A stretch of 42,343 nucleotides of DNA from a virus (taxonomy: Duplodnaviria; Caudoviricetes). The notes under the pieces were generated by a model. It did no database searches. It was not told the DNA's origin and saw only the letters and a list, made by a program, of their open reading frames with translations. The stretch is from positions 1 to 42,343 of IMG/VR virus record IMGVR_UViG_3300010376_000066. One strand, written 5' to 3'. Both the position numbers and the translations under genes were made by a program. Positions 28,166 to 36,670 of this stretch are shown one piece after another (position 1 is the first letter of the stretch; every line of letters begins with the position of its first letter).

Positions 28166-28349
28166 TCTTGATTCTATCTTCTACGGTGGCCTGATTGCCG
28201 TCGGGGTAATCCTGATTACCGCCGTGTATGATGAGATCAAGATTAGGGCTTACGAGAGAAACCTCAGGGTACCTCCCTGTATCAGGAAAGGCAGGAAGAG
28301 ATGGACTACGAAGAGAAGCGCGAGGATGAGGCACCGCGCGATCCACTAG
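28158..28349 (+). CDS. Small membrane protein (lysis region)
   Basis: One hydrophobic helix followed by a basic tail. Confidence 0.45.
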   Translation: MFSLDSIFYGGLIAVGVILITAVYDEIKIRAYERNLRVPPCIRKGRKRWTTKRSARMRHRAIH

Positions 28350-28483
28350 CGCCGGAACTTCGGCAGGTTAGGCCGGCACCGGAGCCTGTCGAGGAGGGTC
28401 ACGAGTTCTGGGCGAATCCCGGCGACGACGAAAGGCCAGAGTCAGATCTGGCGCAGCTTACTAGGCGAGCGGAGGAACAGTAG
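28301..28483 (+). CDS. Small acidic hypothetical protein
   Basis: AGGAAG RBS; TAGTG coupling to the endolysin. Confidence 0.55.
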   Translation: MDYEEKREDEAPRDPLAPELRQVRPAPEPVEEGHEFWANPGDDERPESDLAQLTRRAEEQ

Positions 28484-29280
28484 TGTCACTACAACGAGTT
28501 TGGATCCCTAGTCCGAACTACAGCAGCCGGGGCGGTTCCTCGGTGCGCCTGATCGTGCTCCACACGGCTGAAGGCGCGACCACGTACGAGTCCCTGGGCA
28601 ACTACTTCGCGAGCAGCAGCTCGGGAGTCTCCTCGCACGTCGGCATCGACGACAAGCGTGGCAAGTGCGGCGAGTACGTCTCGCGCGGGAATAAGGCTTG
28701 GACGCAGGGAAACGCTAACCCGGTGTCGGTCGCAGCCGAGCTATGCGGGTTTGCTTCCTGGTCCGACTCAACCTGGCGGAACAGTCACCACAACATGCTG
28801 CTGAACGCGGCCGACTGGGTGGCCGAGGAAGCCGCCAAGTTCAACATCCCGATCACGAAGCTGACGGCATCGCAGGCACAAGGGTCCGGGCGCGGCGTCT
28901 GTCAGCACCGCGACCTAGGCTCATGGGGCGGTAACCACTCCGACTGCGGGAACGGTTTCCCCATGGACTACGTGCTCGACCTGGCGCGGGGTGGGACGCC
29001 TCCACCGTCCGGGGGAACGCCGCCATCCGGCGGGGGTACCGCGCCACCACTTCACGTTGACTACTTCGGGCCTGCGAACGGTCACAACTATACCTGCGGC
29101 GACGTTCAGGTCTGGCAGGCCCAGATGTCCGGACGCGGGTGGACGATCGGCGTCGATGGCATCTACGGGCCGCAGTCCGACAACGTCTGCCGGCAGTTCC
29201 AGGCAGAGAAGGGCCTGTCGGTAGACGGCATGGTCGGGCCGCAAACGTGGAACGCCACGTGGACCGCGCCCATCACGTAA
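28483..29280 (+). CDS. Endolysin: amidase_2 plus peptidoglycan-binding domain
   Basis: SPNYSSR, IVLHTAEG, SSH, AWTQ, HSDCG; Pro/Gly linker; VDGIYGP..FQ..GLSVDGMVGPQTW. Confidence 0.93.
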   Translation: MSLQRVWIPSPNYSSRGGSSVRLIVLHTAEGATTYESLGNYFASSSSGVSSHVGIDDKRGKCGEYVSRGNKAWTQGNANPVSVAAELCGFASWSDSTWRNSHHNMLLNAADWVAEEAAKFNIPITKLTASQAQGSGRGVCQHRDLGSWGGNHSDCGNGFPMDYVLDLARGGTPPPSGGTPPSGGGTAPPLHVDYFGPANGHNYTCGDVQVWQAQMSGRGWTIGVDGIYGPQSDNVCRQFQAEKGLSVDGMVGPQTWNATWTAPIT

Positions 29281-29299
29281 TACACAGAGAGGGAAGGAA

Positions 29300-29596
29300 A
29301 TGGCAAAGGCATCATTCACCGCTACCGTAGTCGGAGTTGTCGCGAATCCGCTCAATGCGGGGGCGGGCGCTACCTACGGGCACTTCTACCTGAAGGTCAA
29401 GTCGACTGCCCCGGACTGCGTCGTCGCGCTCGAAACCTCACCGGACAACACGACGTACACCGAGGTGGCGCGGGTCACCGGCTCGAAGTGGGGGTACTCC
29501 AGGTCAGACCTGCGAGCGCAGTACGCTCACGTCAACGTTATCAGCCTGGGGACTAACGCGCCCCCACTAGCAGCGGTTATTGCCGCGAACCCGTAG
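29300..29596 (+). CDS. Hypothetical beta-rich protein
   Basis: GAAGGA RBS; LETSPDNTTYTEV. Confidence 0.65.
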   Translation: MAKASFTATVVGVVANPLNAGAGATYGHFYLKVKSTAPDCVVALETSPDNTTYTEVARVTGSKWGYSRSDLRAQYAHVNVISLGTNAPPLAAVIAANP

Positions 29597-29598
29597 AA

Positions 29599-29841
29599 GT
29601 GAAGGCGCTCGTATGGCACGTGTGGCGGATACTGTCGGTGTTCATCGCAGCGGTGATCGTCGGCGTGTCCGCCACAGACATCCTCAGTACCCTACATAAG
29701 GAATCAGTACTGCAGGTTGTCATCATCTCAGCATTCACGGCACTCCTAGCGGAGATCATTGGACCTCGCGCGTTTACAGGCGGCTCACGAAAGAGGAAGG
29801 TTCGTGGAGAAGCAAAGCCAAGTATCACACCACCAGCGTAG
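29599..29841 (+). CDS. Two-TM membrane protein, holin candidate
   Basis: Two hydrophobic segments and a basic C-terminus, near the endolysin. Confidence 0.55.
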   Translation: MKALVWHVWRILSVFIAAVIVGVSATDILSTLHKESVLQVVIISAFTALLAEIIGPRAFTGGSRKRKVRGEAKPSITPPA

Positions 29842-29842
29842 T

Positions 29843-30454
29843 ATGATCTCACGTCAGCAGCTCTGGGAGATGGAGCTAGAGCAGCTGTACCTGGAGCACG
29901 AGACGACGGACCCTGACCCGGAGATGTGGCGATGGAGTCCGCTAGAGCTGGCGGAGTTCGACCGGATGCTCACGGTCGCGACGCAATGCCTGGTGGGGTT
30001 CCACCTAATCAAGTTCTGCGAGGCGGGCTGCGGGATTGGGACCAAACTGTACCTCGCGAAGATGTACCACGGACTTCAGGAGGTGGGGTATGACATCTCG
30101 CACGACTACCTCACCAAGGCTCTAGAGCTGGAGGTAGACGCCCGGTACATGGACCTGCGGACGGACTCGCCGCCATGGGCCGAGTACGACATCGTGTATA
30201 CCGCGCGGCCGTTCAAGGAAGATGAGTATGAGGTCGCCTGGGAGAAGTCCGTTCAGGAGGGGATGCGTCCTGGCGCGGTACTGATAGCGGCATACACCTC
30301 CTTCAAGCCGTACTCCTGGCCGTGCTACTACCGGGCGCCATTCCGGGGAGTCTGGGTGAAGCCGCTGGCGCCGCCGCCAGGGGTGTACGATCAGATGATC
30401 AGAAGACAAGAGCCACACGACCCACTCGTTCCAGAGCCGGGGCCGGGCCGGTAG
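29843..30454 (+). CDS. Class I SAM-dependent methyltransferase
   Basis: FCEAGCGIG motif I, GYDI, YDIVY..RPF, MRPGAVLI. Confidence 0.85.
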   Translation: MISRQQLWEMELEQLYLEHETTDPDPEMWRWSPLELAEFDRMLTVATQCLVGFHLIKFCEAGCGIGTKLYLAKMYHGLQEVGYDISHDYLTKALELEVDARYMDLRTDSPPWAEYDIVYTARPFKEDEYEVAWEKSVQEGMRPGAVLIAAYTSFKPYSWPCYYRAPFRGVWVKPLAPPPGVYDQMIRRQEPHDPLVPEPGPGR

Positions 30455-30542
30455 CTCTCGGTAGCGACTTCGTTACGGTAGATAGACCGCTCTAAACGGC
30501 TCTAAGACGGCCGTAGAGGCGTTGGACGTACTCTAGGGTAAG

Positions 30543-30962
30543 TTATCGTAACGGAGCGCTTTCGTCGATTCCTACGTCGGTGTTCGGCTCGTTTAGGGCG
30601 GTCTTCGATCGGAACGGTTTCCCGCCCGGAATCGGCCGTCCGGCCATAGCCCTGCTGCGAGCTTCCGCGTCAGCTACGAGTGCGGGAATCCGGTACATCC
30701 ATTCAAGTTCGCATAGATCGCAATAATTGCTGACCGCTCTTGTGCGTTTCCATGTTACGTGGTAGTCCTTGTTGTTCCAATTCTTGTGTATATCAGTTTC
30801 TCCGTAGCTCCTGTACTTCCATTGTCCAGCAGCCGGTATACCTAGATCGGCTAGGTACTCATTACGGCATTCAGGTTCGCATAGACGTACCTCGTAGTCT
30901 GATGTGGTCGATGTCATTCTGACTAGGGTCGTGCGTCTCTTGGTCCTGAGTGGCTGCTCCAT
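30543..30962 (-). CDS. Hypothetical protein (CxxxC, CxxC)
   Basis: AGGAG RBS; last gene of the leftward arm. Confidence 0.55.
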   Translation of the reverse strand: MEQPLRTKRRTTLVRMTSTTSDYEVRLCEPECRNEYLADLGIPAAGQWKYRSYGETDIHKNWNNKDYHVTWKRTRAVSNYCDLCELEWMYRIPALVADAEARSRAMAGRPIPGGKPFRSKTALNEPNTDVGIDESAPLR

Positions 30963-30970
30963 AATTGCTC

Positions 30971-31582
30971 CTAGATGATGTGGGTCTTGAGGTGGCCTAT
31001 ATTGACCGAGGTGTCGACGCAGATATTGTATCCGAGGCTGATCGCTCGTATACAGAAGGTGACGTCTTCACCGGCAAGGGAGTCTCCCATTGGGACTTCC
31101 TGGAACCATTGGGCGGCCTTATTCGGTAGCTTCTCCCGAATGGCTTCAAAGACGCTCCGGTGTACTAGGAGGCATCCCGCGCCAGTCGCGTCAACGTCAA
31201 CAACTTCACCAAGTTCATAGTCGGTGATGGAGTAGTATACCGGCGTCCCGTTCTCATCATCGGGCAGACGCCGGAACATAGATGGGTGCTTCGGGAGATC
31301 GTTGATATAAACGAGTCCGCCGATGATCAGCGCGTTATGCTTCAGGAGGCGCTCGATCGTATTCCTGTTGAAGACGGTATCGGTATCAGCCATGTACAGC
31401 CATTCGCTGCTTGACTCTAGGAACTGCCCGACTAGCTTGTTCCGTGCGGTCGATATGTTAGCGCTCGACCAGTAGTCGATAGTGTCGATGTTCATGTAGC
31501 GGACAAGATTCACCAGCGAGTGCATGAATCCGGCGTGTACCATGTCGTTGTGAATATAGCCTATCGCTACCCGGTTTGCCAT
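30971..31582 (-). CDS. Glycosyltransferase family 2
   Basis: ARNKLV, WLYMADTD (DxD), TGAGCLLVHRSVF, GEDVTFC, GHLK. Confidence 0.88.
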   Translation of the reverse strand: MANRVAIGYIHNDMVHAGFMHSLVNLVRYMNIDTIDYWSSANISTARNKLVGQFLESSSEWLYMADTDTVFNRNTIERLLKHNALIIGGLVYINDLPKHPSMFRRLPDDENGTPVYYSITDYELGEVVDVDATGAGCLLVHRSVFEAIREKLPNKAAQWFQEVPMGDSLAGEDVTFCIRAISLGYNICVDTSVNIGHLKTHII

Positions 31583-31583
31583 G

Positions 31584-31829
31584 TTACGCTCCGTGTTTGT
31601 GGTCGAGGTCGTGCTGTAGGCCGAGTCGGTGTAGTGTGTCGTGGAATGTTCTCCAGCACTCTTCGACGTACTCGCTGGGGAATCTCCTAAGACCGCGCAG
31701 GCCGCCGAGCGAATTGTAGTGTCTCATATTCATGTGTTTCGCGAATATGTCAGGACCCATGTCGTCGGCATTTATGACTACGATCTTGAGAGGACTGTCT
31801 TCCTGTGGGATCATATAAGTCCGGGTCAA
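31584..31829 (-). CDS. Small His-rich protein (paralogue of 41743-41940)
   Basis: KHMNMRH...HDTLHRL...LDHKH; exact start uncertain. Confidence 0.6.
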   Translation of the reverse strand: MTRTYMIPQEDSPLKIVVINADDMGPDIFAKHMNMRHYNSLGGLRGLRRFPSEYVEECWRTFHDTLHRLGLQHDLDHKHGA

Positions 31830-34071
31830 AAACCCATATCCTTTCCACCGCTATAGGCGTGCCGAATCCGCCGATCCTGTTCCCGAGGACCACCACTACA
31901 TCATGGTTGGCGCGGATCGTGCCTAGCCGCTTCTGAAGCTTAGGGAACTGGTACCTATTAACTCTGGCGTATACCTCCTCATCGCTCGTATCGAAGCAGT
32001 GAAGCGTCGCTCTTTTGATCAGGTCGGGACGCTTGATTTCCGCTAGGATCTCCTCTATTTCTTTGCCGGTACGCGACCGTTCGTCTTCCACTATGTCCTT
32101 ATATTCGACCTTCCGGACCATCCCCATATAGATGACGCGCGGACCCTGCTTCCACTTCTCGCCCGGCTGTCGCTGCTTCACGTTCATACCGGCGAGCTGT
32201 TCGCCATCGTGCGTCGGGAGCGGAGCGGAGCCTTTTCCCTGTCCTCGTAGGAAACGCTTGACGGACGCTAGGCGTCTCTCGGTACGGTACAGTCCGAATG
32301 GGTCCTTGGCGAGGGTCCATTCCTCCATGCGGGCGATAGTCTTGTCGCCTATGCCTGGGATGGCGCGGAGTTCAATCCAGTCATCAAAGCCGTAGCCTCT
32401 GCCGGCATTCTCGATACGCTCGGCAATCGCGGGGCCTATCTTCGGGATCTGTCGCCATCCTGCGACTAGCCCTATGTCCGGTACCGCTTGCCAGGTCGCG
32501 TTTGAGTGCTGTAGGGATGGCGGTCTTACGTCGATGCTGTGCGCTAGGGCGTCGCGCATCAAACGGAACTGGGTCTCATTATTGCCCGCTGCCTTCGTGA
32601 GGCTAGCGGCATAGAACTCGACCGGGTAGTTGGCCTTCAGCCATGCCGTCCAGAATGCAAGCATCGAGTAGGAGACGGCGTGCGCGATGTTGAAGGCGTA
32701 GGTACCGGCCGTTACGAGCCGGTTCCAGATCCGCTCTGCTAGCTCCCGGTCGATCCCGTGGAGGCGCTGCGCTCCGTCCGCGAACGCATCGAAGTTCTGC
32801 TGGAACGCCGCCTGTCCTGCTTTCTTCGCGATGATACGCCGGATATGGTGAACGTTAGTCCAGTCGAGATCCCCCACTTCCTTCAGACACCGGAGGATAT
32901 GCTCTTGGTAGATCATTTGTCCGTAGGTATCTTTCGTGATCTCATCGACAATGGGATGGAGAGGGGTAGCTCTTTTACGTCCGTGACGAACTTCGATGTA
33001 CTCTGCCGTTTGTCCGGAAAACAGAGGTCCAGGACGCGATAGCGCATTGATGTCAGTGATATGCATGAAGTTATCTGGATGAACGTCTCGGTTGACGAGC
33101 CGCGTAGCTCTACCCTCAAACTGAAATACTCCGATGACGTCTCCAGAGCGGAATACCTCGATCGCTCTACGATCAGTATCCGGGATCGCATATAGATCCT
33201 CCAGAGTAAGGCCGGTCATCCTGAGACACCGGGCGATCATCCCCATAGTACTAAGCCCAAGGAAGTCTAGCTTCAGGGCACCGACGTACTCGGCGTCATA
33301 CTTATCAATTGAAAGTGTGCGTTCACCGTCCTTCTCATAGATGGCGCATATGTCGGTAAGCGGGGAGTTCGCCACCATCAGTCCGCAGGCGTGGACGGAC
33401 ATCCCGCGTACGTCGCTCTCTAGGCGAGATGCCTTAGCCAGATTCGGCCACGTTTTGAGAACTTCCTTTGCGGCCGGGAACATCTCAAAGGTATCCTCTA
33501 GTGTTGCGTCCGCTCGGGAGTCTCCACCCGACCGCTCGATCGCTAGATTGGATACCGTCTCTTTGGCACTTAGCGGTATCTTGTATACCGTCGCTACGTC
33601 CTGTAGGCTATTCTTGGCGCGGTATCGAACGAAGTTGCCTATGTGGCCGACACATTCCGCGCCATACTTATAGGCGATGTAGTCATAGACCTTGTAGCGC
33701 TCTTCATCAGAGCAGTCTACGTCGATGTCGGGAGGGTCGTGCCGGGTAACGTCAAGGAACCTCTCAAAGATCATGCCGGGATAGCGCCATGGGTTAATCT
33801 CGGTGATACGCGTCATGTACGCCACGTCGCTGGCCGCGGTGCTGCCCCGGCCGGGGCCTATCGCTACACCATTGTCCTTGGCCCAGCGGATCGTATCGGA
33901 GGTGAAGAGCATGAAGTCAGCTAGGTCTTTGCCGAGAATCATGTCCATCTCGCGCTTGATCCGCGCACCATGCCAGTTCTGTTCGACTACGGGGAGATGT
34001 CCTATGCCGCGATAGTTCCATCCCTGCCGAAGCCAATGCCACAGGAGGTCGTCACTATTCCATTCCATCAT
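31750..34071 (-). CDS. dnaE: DNA polymerase III alpha, catalytic part
   Basis: GPGRGS, FERFL, PDIDVD, HACG, KLDFLGL, GVFQFE, RPGP, YQE, YAFNIAHA, C-terminal OB-like region; GAGAGG RBS before the ATG at 34071. Confidence 0.95.
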   Translation of the reverse strand: MMEWNSDDLLWHWLRQGWNYRGIGHLPVVEQNWHGARIKREMDMILGKDLADFMLFTSDTIRWAKDNGVAIGPGRGSTAASDVAYMTRITEINPWRYPGMIFERFLDVTRHDPPDIDVDCSDEERYKVYDYIAYKYGAECVGHIGNFVRYRAKNSLQDVATVYKIPLSAKETVSNLAIERSGGDSRADATLEDTFEMFPAAKEVLKTWPNLAKASRLESDVRGMSVHACGLMVANSPLTDICAIYEKDGERTLSIDKYDAEYVGALKLDFLGLSTMGMIARCLRMTGLTLEDLYAIPDTDRRAIEVFRSGDVIGVFQFEGRATRLVNRDVHPDNFMHITDINALSRPGPLFSGQTAEYIEVRHGRKRATPLHPIVDEITKDTYGQMIYQEHILRCLKEVGDLDWTNVHHIRRIIAKKAGQAAFQQNFDAFADGAQRLHGIDRELAERIWNRLVTAGTYAFNIAHAVSYSMLAFWTAWLKANYPVEFYAASLTKAAGNNETQFRLMRDALAHSIDVRPPSLQHSNATWQAVPDIGLVAGWRQIPKIGPAIAERIENAGRGYGFDDWIELRAIPGIGDKTIARMEEWTLAKDPFGLYRTERRLASVKRFLRGQGKGSAPLPTHDGEQLAGMNVKQRQPGEKWKQGPRVIYMGMVRKVEYKDIVEDERSRTGKEIEEILAEIKRPDLIKRATLHCFDTSDEEVYARVNRYQFPKLQKRLGTIRANHDVVVVLGNRIGGFGTPIAVERIWVFDPDLYDPTGRQSSQDRSHKCRRHGS

Positions 34072-34240
34072 ACACCTCTCGATGGAAGGTTCTGAAGAAC
34101 CAATCGTTGCCGTCATACGGATACAAGTTATCAAATAGGAAATCGTGCTGCATGTCGTCGCTGTAGCCTGAGTCAAGGATTGGGAAGCCGCATGCCGCAC
34201 AGCGGCCGACGACGTGACTTATGTATATGTTTTGCGTCAC
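34055..34240 (-). CDS. 61-aa ORF inserted between the dnaE PHP and catalytic parts
   Basis: GTGA overlap with the PHP stop; MTQNIYISHVVGRCAACGFP... Confidence 0.55.
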   Translation of the reverse strand: MTQNIYISHVVGRCAACGFPILDSGYSDDMQHDFLFDNLYPYDGNDWFFRTFHREVYDGME

Positions 34241-35172
34241 TTCCACAGCTCCCAGTCGGATTCCTGAATCGGGTAGGTTAGGCGCTCGGCTTTGGGAAGG
34301 GTTACGGTACATCGCTCGGCTATGTAGGCGGTGTTGAGAATAGCCTCCCATGCCGCGTCGCGGGATAGGCCGGTCTTCATCAGGCGCTCCCCGAGTTCCT
34401 TGTCGGATTCGGGAAATGTCATGGGAACGTCGTAGTTCCACGCTCGCATTGCGTCGTCAATAGACTGATTCTTGCGATGTACTGCGTGGAGGATTGCCTG
34501 CATCTCTGAATCTGCGGGTCTTGGGTAATGTACATCACATGTGGCGACGAGTGGAACTCCGGTCTCACGGCTGAGTCGTTCATAAGCTGGATTGATCCGG
34601 CAGGTTTTCTCCAGCTCGTAGAAGGGCTGGACTTCGAGGTAGTAATTGGCCCCAAATAGAGAGGCAAAACGGCGGATGACGAGTCGCGCGTCATCCCATC
34701 CATAGCCGTCTCGCGAAGTGGGATCGGGTATTCCCTTACCGCCGACGAGTGAACACGCAAGGAGGCTTCCAGTACATCCTGAAAGGATGACAAGACCTGG
34801 AGAATTATGCTTGAGATTTTCTCCAGAAACCGTCGGATGGTAATGATGATCTCTCCAAGACTGCGTGACCAGTCTGTTGAGGTTCCGGTAGCCATCTTGA
34901 TTCTCCGCTAGGATCGTGAGGTGGTACTTCCACTGACTACGGTTCTCGCCTACCGGCCCGCAGTATGCCTCTAGTCCAAAGATCGGCTTCAACCCTGCCT
35001 TTACGGCGGCTTGCTCGAATTGGAAGTGGCTTGACGTGCCGCCATGTTCTGTGAGGGCTTGTGCGGTATAGCCTAGCTCCACAGCCCGCGCCACATGGAC
35101 GGCCGGGAGCTTGTGCCCGTCGCCGTGACTAAAGGTCGAATGATGTAAATGATGAAGTGAAACATACCTCAT
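34237..35172 (-). CDS. dnaE: DNA polymerase III alpha, PHP domain part
   Basis: HHSTFSHGDG, ALTEHG, KPIFGLEAY, HLTILAENQDGYRNL, LSGC, TCDVHY. Confidence 0.93.
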   Translation of the reverse strand: MRYVSLHHLHHSTFSHGDGHKLPAVHVARAVELGYTAQALTEHGGTSSHFQFEQAAVKAGLKPIFGLEAYCGPVGENRSQWKYHLTILAENQDGYRNLNRLVTQSWRDHHYHPTVSGENLKHNSPGLVILSGCTGSLLACSLVGGKGIPDPTSRDGYGWDDARLVIRRFASLFGANYYLEVQPFYELEKTCRINPAYERLSRETGVPLVATCDVHYPRPADSEMQAILHAVHRKNQSIDDAMRAWNYDVPMTFPESDKELGERLMKTGLSRDAAWEAILNTAYIAERCTVTLPKAERLTYPIQESDWELWK

Positions 35173-35641
35173 CTGGCACCACCTCCATTCTTTGGCCTAC
35201 GGCCGCTCCATGGCTCATCTTGCTTGCAGCGTATTGCTTGAGCCTCTCGTCTTCCTGGTTCATTCCATCTAGCTAGCATTCTCTGTCGTTGTTCTTCTCG
35301 GCGTTCAGGTGTCCATCCTTTGAACGCATTCGTATTTTCGATACGCGCACGTTCACGTCTGCGTTCTTCAATTAGCCATTCCGCTCGATCATATTCCTGA
35401 TGACACCAACGGCATAGAGTCATGTAGTTATCGGGGTTGGCCGGGTTCGTGCCGTGGATCCAGGCCCAGTCACGAGCTAGCCGTCCACACTCCCGTACGC
35501 AGTAGTAATCCCAAGGCTGACCGTACGTATGCCTAACAGCCCTATGGTAGCGCTGATACTCTGCGCTATTGACTGGTGGCATTACGTACCTCATCGCGCC
35601 TCCTTCACGGGCTTGTTTAGGTATTCTCTTCTGAATGAATG
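35138..35641 (-). mobile_element. 499-bp HNH cassette inserted after about codon 10 of dnaE, flanked by CATTC direct repeats
   Basis: CATTC at 35641-35637 and 35142-35138 (minus strand); removing the insert gives MRYVSLHHHSTFSHGDG. Confidence 0.65.
35169..35594 (-). CDS. HNH-type endonuclease
   Basis: YHRAVRHTYG..YCVRECG..A.DW...NYMTLCRWCHQEYD; AAGGAGG RBS; Arg/Glu-rich helical tail. Confidence 0.8.
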   Translation of the reverse strand: MRYVMPPVNSAEYQRYHRAVRHTYGQPWDYYCVRECGRLARDWAWIHGTNPANPDNYMTLCRWCHQEYDRAEWLIEERRRERARIENTNAFKGWTPERREEQRQRMLARWNEPGRREAQAIRCKQDEPWSGRRPKNGGGAR

Positions 35642-35665
35642 GTGATGTAGGCTAACGTACCTCAC
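35591..35665 (-). CDS. 24-aa mini-ORF carrying the original dnaE N-terminus
   Basis: GTG AGG TAC GTT AGC CTA CAT CAC CAT TCA... = MRYVSLHHHSFRREYLNKPVKEAR*; GGAGG RBS. Confidence 0.7.
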   Translation of the reverse strand: MRYVSLHHHSFRREYLNKPVKEAR

Positions 35666-35775
35666 CCTATCTGCCTCCAAAACATGAAGACGTTGAACAC
35701 TATCAGTATGATGAGCATCATGATGATGAGCATCCCCGTTAGTATATCGCCTATCCGCCACATCCGTCTAGTCAT
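35662..35775 (-). CDS. 37-aa single-TM protein
   Basis: MTRRMWRIGDILTGMLIIMMLIILIVFNVFMFWRQIG; ATGA and GTGA overlaps at its two ends. Confidence 0.6.
   Translation of the reverse strand: MTRRMWRIGDILTGMLIIMMLIILIVFNVFMFWRQIG
35741..35770 (-). promoter_or_regulatory. Promoter TAGACG-N18-TATACT upstream of dnaE
   Basis: Reverse complement TAGACG gatgtggcggataggcga TATACT. Confidence 0.65.
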
Positions 35776-36314
35776 AAGAGAACTCCATTCGGGCGGAACT
35801 TCGCCATTGTCGATACCATAGCGCGAGCTTTTTCATCAGGCATACCTAGCCGATCGGACAGAGCGCCGTGATATACCTGGTCGAGCCGCGCGACGATGAT
35901 GACGTCTAGGATTGCCTGGGCGTGTTCCCGAGCGTCCTTGAAGTCCCACTGGCCGGTCTCGACGCCGTAGAGCAGGACGGTGAGGAACGGCTTCTTGGTT
36001 CGTTGGCTAATACCGGGGATCAGTTCCAGGGCCGTGCCGGTCTCAGGCAGTGCCCGGAACGGCCTGAAGTTGTCCGCGATAAACCGGGCGGCGGTTCCCT
36101 CGCTGATGTCCGCGGACTTGAACTGCGCTAGGATGGTCGCCTCGTACTCGGCGATATGAGCCGCTTCAAGGATAGCGAGCGCATACTTGAGGGCCTGTTC
36201 GTCATCGAGCGTGATACTATCGTCGGGATTAAAGGTGAGGGTGAGCCTGTACGTCCCGTCGGTCTGGACTTCGCTGCTCACCCAGACGCTACCATCTTCT
36301 TCCTGTTCGGTCAT
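35772..36314 (-). CDS. Hypothetical protein with a two-fold internal repeat
   Basis: QALKYALAILEAA versus DAREHAQAILDVI; ATGA coupling. Confidence 0.7.
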   Translation of the reverse strand: MTEQEEDGSVWVSSEVQTDGTYRLTLTFNPDDSITLDDEQALKYALAILEAAHIAEYEATILAQFKSADISEGTAARFIADNFRPFRALPETGTALELIPGISQRTKKPFLTVLLYGVETGQWDFKDAREHAQAILDVIIVARLDQVYHGALSDRLGMPDEKARAMVSTMAKFRPNGVLL

Positions 36315-36670
36315 CCCGGTTCTCCCATGTCGCCCCATCTTGGGCCCTTGTTCCGCATACGCAGGTAGAAGCCCGCGAAGTTGATGATGTCGAGTGCGCC
36401 GTTCTCATAGAACTCATTGCGTTCCCAGCTGAACAGCCGGATACGGAATGCGTTGTCCATGATGTCGTGGACGAGTCCCTTCCAGCCGCGCTTCATCCAG
36501 AAGAACCTCCCATCCTCGTCATCCTCCGGTCGCGTGTAGCCGCGCTGGCAGATGATCGCGAGGCATTCCGCGAACGGGCCGGAGAGCTGTTCGATGGCAT
36601 CGAGGTTCGGGTCAAGCCCGATGTCTGTTAGGTAACGGAATGCCGCGTCGCGCTTGGCATTGTCATTCAC
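36311..36670 (-). CDS. Nucleotide-modification-associated (Nmad/DUF1599-like) helical protein
   Basis: RGY...W..RGWKGLV.DI.D...R...ALDIINFAGFY pattern; downstream of thyX. Confidence 0.5.
   Translation of the reverse strand: MNDNAKRDAAFRYLTDIGLDPNLDAIEQLSGPFAECLAIICQRGYTRPEDDEDGRFFWMKRGWKGLVHDIMDNAFRIRLFSWERNEFYENGALDIINFAGFYLRMRNKGPRWGDMGEPG

Noticed and set aside
30455-30542. Bidirectional terminator or att site at the convergence of the two arms
   Set aside because: Only short, weak stems (GTAGCG/CGTTAC, CTCTA/TAGAG), no U-tract, and no integrase in the window
31750-34071. Intein in DnaE or split-intein joining of the two halves
   Set aside because: No C/S-start or HN-C/S/T intein termini at the fragment ends, and the polymerase motifs are contiguous
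34072-34200. ORF-track N-terminal extension of the dnaE catalytic part from 34200
   Set aside because: No RBS and no DnaE-like sequence; the GAGAGG-ATG at 34071 is the better start
35137-35636. Group I intron explanation for the HNH insert
   Set aside because: The ORF occupies 426 of 499 nt, leaving no room for a catalytic core, and no frame-restoring junction has both an exon-terminal U and an intron-terminal G
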